In this document: piece by piece, positions 57,529-64,000 of the stretch
How the letters are laid out: each line of letters starts with the position of its first letter
How positions within the stretch are numbered: the stretch's first letter is position 1
Source: Dictyostelium discoideum
Lineage: Eukaryota
NCBI GenBank assembly: GCA_000004695.1
Contig: CM000150.2
Span: forward strand, 96,001-160,000
Direction of reading: 5' to 3'
Length of the DNA stretch: 64,000 nucleotides
Made by a program: the position numbers and the translations under genes
Notes under the pieces: generated by a model
Database searches by the model: none
What the model was told of the DNA's origin: nothing
What the model saw: the letters and a program-made list of their open reading frames with translations, nothing else

Positions 57529-58825
57529 TCATAATGTACCTGATTGGCAAATAAATAAACCATCTCTTGGCTTGTCACATGTGTGACATGAATATTCATT
57601 TGAATTATGTCCATTAAGTTTACACGATGCTCTAAATTCTGGAATATCCATTGTCAGTCCCAACGGTACAACATCTATTTGTTCGTTTTCAATAATTAAA
57701 TTAAAGCCAATACCAATAAAAGATGAAAACAATGTCATAATGGTTTGATGAAAATTAAGTAACCAATCATTTGGTACTACAAATAATAATAATTTATTGT
57801 TTTTAAATTCATTTCCAATATAATTTTCTATATCCAGCATTATAGAATAATCTTTCTTGTATTGACACCGCATACTATCAGTGAATATTCTAAGTAAAAC
57901 AATTTTATTTTTATTTTTATTTTTCGAATCTTTAAATTGTTGACCACTTTTATAATTTGTATAAATTCCAGTTTCAAAATGTGTATCAAAATCAATTCTA
58001 TTAAAAAATTGCTTTTTATTCAATAAAGTTTCTAATACTTTTTTAATTTCAAAATAAAAAATTGAGTGATCATAATTTTTATTTATAAATGTTTCTCCTT
58101 TTATTTGAAAATTTTCCATAAATAATTTATCCATATATAGAGGTGTGTATCTTATTAGATTTAAATTAGTTTATTTTTGTCAATAAAACTTTTAAATTTT
58201 TCAAGTAGCTTTAAACTTATTGAGTTTTCAATTCCCAACATTAAAAATTCAATTTCAGTTTCATTTAATTTTTTTTTGATTTTTTATTATCTAAATTATT
58301 ATTTTGATTATTATTTATTGGTTCATTTTGACCATTTTCATTATTTTCATTATTTTCATTATTTTTTGCTCCATTTTGATCTATTATATTTTCATCATCA
58401 CTATGTCGCAACCTAATTGTATCATGATTTTCTTCATTATCAATTGTTTGATTGTTTTCATTATTTTCATTATTTTCTTGATAAATAATTTCATCTTGGT
58501 TTTGGTTACATAAATGTTTACATGGGTCATCTATATCATTTGTTGGATATTTTATTTTTTCACCAGTAATATCCATTGATTTTTTATAAAAGCTATCTCT
58601 TTTTGGATTATTTGTAATAATTTTACTTTGTTCATTTTTACATTTTTTGGTGTTGAAATGTCCATTTCCATCATAAAATTGTTTATAAGAACGGTAATAT
58701 GAAAGACAAAATGGACATATATTTTTATGCATAATATAATGAATAATAATATTTTTAAAATTCTTTAATTTTTCTCTGCAATTAATGCATGATATGTTAT
58801 TTAAATTCATTTTGTTTGCAGTCAA
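57529..58825 (-). pseudogene. Cys-rich / zinc-finger-like gene-family copy; a 9-versus-10 A-run difference at about 58140-58260 shifts the frame
   Basis: ORFs 58265-58825 (N-terminal zinc finger and acidic NEN repeats) and 57529-58134 (C-terminal domain) are collinear with the open reading frame at 62505-64000. Confidence 0.55.
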
Positions 58826-58901
58826 ATGACCTATCAGTGAATAATTGAATTAATTATAATTAACTCAGCATATTTTAAAAAAGATGGAGTTATCCTAGAA
58901 A

Positions 58902-59472
58902 TCACAGCGAAGAAAAAACCACCTTTAAATTCGCTTTAAATTAAATTTAAATTTGCTTTAAAGTCCTGAATTAAAGCAATTTTAAAGGTAATTTTAAAGG
59001 TAATTTTTAAGGTTACTTTAAAATTACCTTTAAAATTACCTTTAAAATTACCTTTTTAATCGCTTTAAAAGCGAGGTCCTGAGTTCGAAGCCGTTATTTA
59101 ACGGATAAATTTTTTAAATTTTTTTTTTTAATTTTTCAAAAATTACCAAAAGGGATTCGATCCCCCGACCCTCTATTAAAGGATACTCTCATCAACCATT
59201 ACACCATTTGATTGCTTTGATGAAAAATTTAAAAATGATAGAATATTTTATCCCCATTTTTTTGTCTAAAATTAGATCTTTTTTTATTAAAAACCTTAAA
59301 TTTATTTTAAAGCGATTAAAAAGGTAATTTTAAAGGTAATTTTTAAGGTGATTTTAAAGTAACCTTAAAAATTACCTTTAAAATTACCTTAAAAATTGCT
59401 TTAATTCAGGACTTTAAATTCGCTTTAAATTAAATTTAAATTTGCTTTAAAGGTGGTTTTTTCTTCGCCGTG
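58902..59472. mobile_element. TIR hairpin element with A-type ends on both sides, starting 77 bp upstream of the gene start at 58825
   Basis: CACAGCGAAG... and ...CTTCGCCGTG termini. Confidence 0.7.
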
Positions 59473-59727
59473 CTTAAAAATCACCTTTAAAATAAACTTT
59501 AAAATGACCTTGAAAATTACCTTTAAAATTATCTTTAAAATGACCTTTAAAATTACCTTTAAAATGCTCTTTAAAATTAAGTTTAAAATGCCCTTTAAAA
59601 TTAACTTTATAATGCTCTTTAAAATTACTTAAAAATATGATTAAAAATTATATTAATAATTACATTTTAAAGTTCCTTAAAAATTGAATTTTAAAGTTTA
59701 TTAATAATTACATTAAAGCACCTTACA
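59473..59727. repeat. Tandem ~20-bp repeats (ACCTTTAAAATNNN)
   Basis: Read directly. Confidence 0.6.
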
Positions 59728-60240
59728 CAGCAAAGAAAAATGCACCTTTAAAGCCAATTTCAAGCAAATACAATTTAAATTTGCTTTAAATTGGCTTTAA
59801 ATTTGCTTTTTAAAAAGGTAATTTTAAGGATATTTTTAAGGTCATTTAAAATTACATTAAAAATGACCTTTTAAATTTATTATAAAGCGGTTTTTAAATA
59901 ATGTTTTAATCACTTTATAATAAATTTAAAAAAGTTATTTTTAATGTAATTTAAAATAACTTATCAATCCTTTTTTAAGCTTTTATTACACAGCAAAGAA
60001 AAAACCACCTTTAAATTCGCTTTAAATTAAATTTAAATTTGCTTTAAAGTCCTGAATTAAAGCAATTTTAAAGGTAATTTTAAAGCGAATTTAAAGGTGG
60101 TTTTTTCTTTGCTGTGTAATAAAAGCTTAAAAAAGGATTGATAAGTTATTTTAAATTACATTAAAAATAACTTTTTTAAATTTATTATAAAGTGATTAAA
60201 ACATTATTAAAACCGCTTATAATAATTAAAAGGCATTTTA
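59728..60240. repeat. Imperfect palindrome (~130-250-bp arms) centred on a mini TIR element (59989-60116)
   Basis: Flanks aagcttttatta | taataaaagctt are reverse complements. Confidence 0.7.
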
Positions 60241-60865
60241 TGTAATTTAAGACCTAAAAATCCTAAATACCTTTTTAATGGCTTTAAAAGCGAGGTCCTG
60301 AGTTCGAATCCGTTATTTACGAATAATTTTTTAAATTTTTTTTTTATTTTTCAAAAATTACCCAAAAGGGATTCGATCCCCCGACCCTCTATCAAAGGGT
60401 AGTCTCATCAACCATTACACCATTTGATTGCTTTGATGAAAAATTTAAAAATGATAGAATATTTTATCCCCATTTTTTTGTGCTAAAATTAGATCTTTTT
60501 TATTAAAAACCTTAAATTTATGTTTAAAGGAAATTTAAATTCACTTTAAATCTACTTTTAATCTACTTTAAATCCTATTTAAAATTAATTTAAAATAAAT
60601 TTTAAAGGTATTTTTAAATATCTTAAAAATTATCTTAAAAATTACCTTAAAAATCACCTTTAAAATCACCTTTAAAATCACCTTTAAAATTGCTTAAAAA
60701 TTTATTTTAAAGCAAATTTTAAAGGCATTTTTAAATATCTTAAAAATTACCTTAAAAATTACCTTAAAAATGAATTTTTTAAACGCGGCTTTAAATTCAA
60801 TTTAAATCCAATTTAAATCAACTTTTCTTTAAATTTGCTTTAAAGGTGCATTTTTCTTTGCTGTG
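60241..60865 (-). mobile_element. TIR hairpin element (B-type terminus at 60845-60865), left side merging into the palindrome
   Basis: Reverse-orientation internal modules; terminus GGTGCATTTTTCTTTGCTGTG. Confidence 0.65.
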
Positions 60866-61471
60866 TAATTATATTTTTTAAAATACATTTTAAATGCATT
60901 TTAAATACATTTCAAATCAATTTTTACACTATTTATTCCAAATTTATTAAAAAAAAAAAAAAAAAATAAGAAAATAAAAAAAAAAAAAAAAATTAAGAAA
61001 ATTAAAAAAAAAAAAAACTAAAAAGATAACCAAATTAATTTTAATTCTTTATTTATTTGTTTCAGTGGCAATTGAATTCTATTATTATTATTTTTATTAA
61101 TTAATAAAAAATAAGTGTTTCAGTTGCCTTGGGTTTTATATTATTTTATTTTAAATTTTACTTCTCATTTCAAAAAGCGAAAAATATCAAAAAAAAAAAA
61201 AAAAAAATTTAATTATTTGTTTTGCATATTTATATTATAAGTATAAACATACATATAAAAAAAGATTTTTTATTTTTTATTTTTAATAATTAATAAACAA
61301 TTAACGAGTGCACAGGTATATTATTGCATTAGTGTAGTTTTACAATAAATTGGGCAGATTTTATAGTTTTTTTTTTAATATTTTAAAAAGAAAAAGGTAT
61401 AGACAGGGTCATAGGTTCCCCGTCATTTTTTGAAAATGGGGTATATCCCTCTAAATATAAAATTCTAAGTA

Positions 61472-62373
61472 CACAGCAAAGAAAAATGCACCTTTAAAGC
61501 AAATTTAAAGAAAAGTTGATTTAAATTAGATTTAAATTGAATTTAAAGCCGCGTTTAAAAAATTCATTTTTAAGGTAATTTTTAAGGTAATTTTTAAGAT
61601 ATTTAAAAATGCCTTTAAAATTTGCTTTAAAATAAATTTTTAAGCAATTTTAAAGGTGATTTTAAAGGTGATTTTAAAGGTAATTTTTAAGGTAATTTTT
61701 AAGATAATTTTTAAGATATTTAAAAATACCTTTAAAATTTATTTTAAATTAATTTTAAATAGGATTTAAAGTAGATTTAAAGTAGATTTAAAGTGAATTT
61801 AAATTTCCTTTAAACATAAATTTAAGGTTTTTAATAAAAAAGATCTAATTTTAGAACAAAAAAATGGTGATAAAATATTCTATCATTTTTAAATTTTTCA
61901 TCAAAGCAATCAAATGGTGTAATGGTTGATGAGAATACCCTTTGATAGAGGGTCGGGGGGATCGAATCCCTTTTGGTAATTTTAGAACAAAAAAATGGTG
62001 ATAAAATATTCTATCATTTTTAAATTTTTCATCAAAGCAATCAAATGGTGTAATGGTTGATGAGACTATCCTTTGATAGAGGGTCGGGGGATCGAATCCC
62101 TTTTGGTAATTTTTGAAAAATTAAAAAAAAAAATTTAAAAAATTTATCCGTTAAATAACGGCTTCGAACTCAGGACCTCGCTTTTAAAGCGATTAAAAAG
62201 GTAATTTTAAAGGTAATTTTAAAGGTAATTTTAAAGGTAATTTTAAAGGTAATTTTAAAGTAACCTTAAAAATCACCTTTAAAATTACCTTTAAAATTGC
62301 TTTAATTCAGGACTTTAAAGCAAATTTAAATTTAATTAAAAGCGAATTTAAAGGTGGTTTTTTCTTCGCTGTG
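61472..62373 (+). mobile_element. TIR hairpin element, complete, with TA target duplication (61470-61471 and 62374-62375) and an internal ~125-bp tandem duplication of the tRNA-like core
   Basis: The empty site (gatttagTActtagaa) is present in the inverted paralogous copy at about 286-300. Confidence 0.8.
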
Positions 62374-62504
62374 TACTAAATCATATATCTACTTTCTATA
62401 ATGCTAAAATTTGAATAAAATGAAAAAAAAAAAAAAAAAAACGTAAAAACTCGAGGAAAAAAAAAAAAAAAAATATTATTTTTAATTTCCAGCCAGCAAA
62501 CAAA

Positions 62505-64000
62505 ATGAATTTAAATAACATATCATGCATTAATTGCAGAGAAAAATTAAAGAATTTTAAAAATATTATTATTCATTATATTATGCATAAAAATATATGT
62601 CCATTTTGTCTTGCATATTACCGTTCTTATAAACAATTTTATGATGTAAATGGACATTTCAACACCAAAAAATGTAAAAATGAACAAAATAAAATTATTA
62701 CAAATAATCAAAAAAGAGATAGCTTTTATAAAAAATTAATGGATATTACTGGTGAAAAAATAAAATATCCAACAAATGATCCAGATGACCCATGTAAACA
62801 TTTATGTAACCAAAACCAAGATGAAATTTTTTATCAAGAAAATAATGAAAATAATGAAAATAATCAAACAATTGATAATGAAGAAAATCATGATATAATT
62901 GGGTTGGTACATAGTGAAGATGAAAACAATGAAATTAGAATAGATGAAAATGAAGCAAACATTAATAATGAAAATAATGAAAATAATGAAAATGAAAATG
63001 CTCAAAACGAACCAATAAATAATAATCTAAATAATAATTTAGATAATGAAAAATCAAAAAAAAAATTAAATGAAACTGAAATTGAATTTTTAATGTTGGG
63101 AATTGAAAACTCAATAAGTTTAAAGCTACTTGAAAAATTTAAAAGTTTTATTGACAAAAATAAAACCAATTTAAATCAAATAAGATACACACCTCAATAT
63201 ATGGATAAATTATTTATGGAAGATTTTCAAATAAAAGGAGAAACATTTATAAATAAAAATTATGATCACTCAATTTTTTATTTTGAAATTAAAAAAGTAT
63301 TAGAAACTTTATTAAATAAAAAGCAATTTTTTGAAAGAATAGATTTTGATACAGATTTTGAAACTGGAATTTATACAAATTATAAAAGTGGTCAACAATT
63401 TAAAGATTTAAAAAATAAAAATAAAAATAAAATTGTTTTACTTAGAATATTCACTGATAGTATGCAGTGTCAAAACAAGAAAGATTATACTATAATGCTG
63501 GATATAGAAAATTATATTGGAAATGAATTTAAAAATAATAAATTATTATTATTTGTAGTACCAAATGATTGGTTACTTAATTTTCATCAAACAATTAGGG
63601 CATTGTTTTCATCTTTTATTGGTAATGGCTTTAATTTAATTATTGAAAATGAACAAATAGATGTTGTACCGTTTGGACTGACAATGGATATTCCAGAATT
63701 TAGAGCATCGTGTAAACTTAATGGACATAATTCAAATGAATATGCATGTCACACATGTGACAAACCAAGAGATGGTTTATTTATTTGCAAATCAGGTACA
63801 TTAAGAAAACAAGAAGATATTACAAATTTTCACTCCAACAAACCAAATTATGCTGAATTAAATGCTGATATAGAATTAAAAAAAGTATGGGAAAAAAAAG
63901 CAAAAGATATTGGTATCAAAGGTGTGGACAGAGGGTGGGTCGAACCCTTGTCCATTAATTATTTAAAAACACAACCAGACATATTACATAATATTTTATT
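62505..64000 (+). CDS. Cys-rich / C2H2-like zinc-finger protein of the multicopy family, open to the window end (at least 498 codons): N-terminal CxxC...HxxxH finger, acidic NEN repeats, C-terminal domain with CKLNGHNSNEYACHTCDKPRDGLFIC
   Basis: Manual translation from the ATG at 62505 without a stop; absent from the ORF track because no stop lies in the window. Confidence 0.6.
   Translation, partial: MNLNNISCINCREKLKNFKNIIIHYIMHKNICPFCLAYYRSYKQFYDVNGHFNTKKCKNEQNKIITNNQKRDSFYKKLMDITGEKIKYPTNDPDDPCKHLCNQNQDEIFYQENNENNENNQTIDNEENHDIIGLVHSEDENNEIRIDENEANINNENNENNENENAQNEPINNNLNNNLDNEKSKKKLNETEIEFLMLGIENSISLKLLEKFKSFIDKNKTNLNQIRYTPQYMDKLFMEDFQIKGETFINKNYDHSIFYFEIKKVLETLLNKKQFFERIDFDTDFETGIYTNYKSGQQFKDLKNKNKNKIVLLRIFTDSMQCQNKKDYTIMLDIENYIGNEFKNNKLLLFVVPNDWLLNFHQTIRALFSSFIGNGFNLIIENEQIDVVPFGLTMDIPEFRASCKLNGHNSNEYACHTCDKPRDGLFICKSGTLRKQEDITNFHSNKPNYAELNADIELKKVWEKKAKDIGIKGVDRGWVEPLSINYLKTQPDILHNIL

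Noticed and set aside
58177-58513. ORFs 58177-58416 and 58304-58513 (and 62802-63005, 44238-44456, 45129-45353, 14032-14244)
   Set aside because: Low-complexity I/F/L/K-rich translations of AT-rich or antisense sequence, typical spurious ORFs in dictyostelid DNA.
4131-62373. Arrays of short repeats (aaattacctttaaaattacc..., gatttaaagtagatttaaag...) that look superficially like repeat-spacer arrays
   Set aside because: Degenerate AT-rich tandem motifs inside TIR-bounded elements with no constant repeat or variable spacer architecture, in a eukaryotic context. Not CRISPR.

Overview
The window is extremely AT-rich, with homopolymer runs and short AT-rich introns (GTAAGT...AG), and reads like a nested transposon cluster from the nuclear genome of a dictyostelid social amoeba (Dictyostelium-like). 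About two thirds of it is DIRS-type tyrosine-recombinase retrotransposons. There are 12 or more copies or fragments, each with ~450-bp inverted terminal repeats, a gag-like ORF1, an RT/RNase H ORF and a long overlapping ORF ending in a tyrosine-recombinase domain. Two copies (7707-12600 and 32121-36945) look intact; the rest are truncated, internally deleted or nested head-to-head and tail-to-tail. A 6.7-kb Skipper-like Ty3/gypsy LTR retrotransposon (20896-27617, minus strand) sits inside a DIRS ITR. A third repeat family is a hairpin-rich, non-autonomous element with terminal inverted repeats (CACAGCRAAGAAAAAWSCACC...) that fills 4.1-6.6 kb, 44.4-46.0 kb and 56.6-62.4 kb. At least one copy shows a clean TA target duplication against an empty paralogous site in the same window. 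A fourth family, with the terminus CACAGGGGCGAAAAAAAATAC and 13-bp satellite arms, has outward-facing ends 30 kb apart at 17461 and 47768. A multicopy Cys-rich, zinc-finger-like gene family lies next to outer TIR ends at 1-163, 13264-17460 (split by a DIRS insertion), 46027-46745, 57529-58825 and 62505-64000. The most unusual content is seven islands of roughly 40-50% GC, prokaryote/phage-like DNA: 2.6-4.1, 4.76-5.34, 6.65-7.38, 29.9-31.1, 40.75-42.27, 47.77-48.99 and 52.78-56.6 kb. These carry Shine-Dalgarno sites, overlapping TGATG stop/start junctions, a rho-independent-type bidirectional terminator, a class-II tRNA-Leu(UAA) with an encoded CCA end, and a terminase-like Walker-A (SRQTGKT) gene fragment. 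They occur as diverged, partly pseudogenised paralogs interrupted by the eukaryotic transposons. That pattern points to resident, decaying foreign DNA rather than simple contamination, although an assembly chimera cannot be excluded from sequence alone. The window ends are a large inverted duplication (1-1135 versus about 59.7-62.7 kb). No rRNA genes or CRISPR arrays were seen. All functional calls rest on motif-level reading of the supplied translations and sequence, with no database searches.
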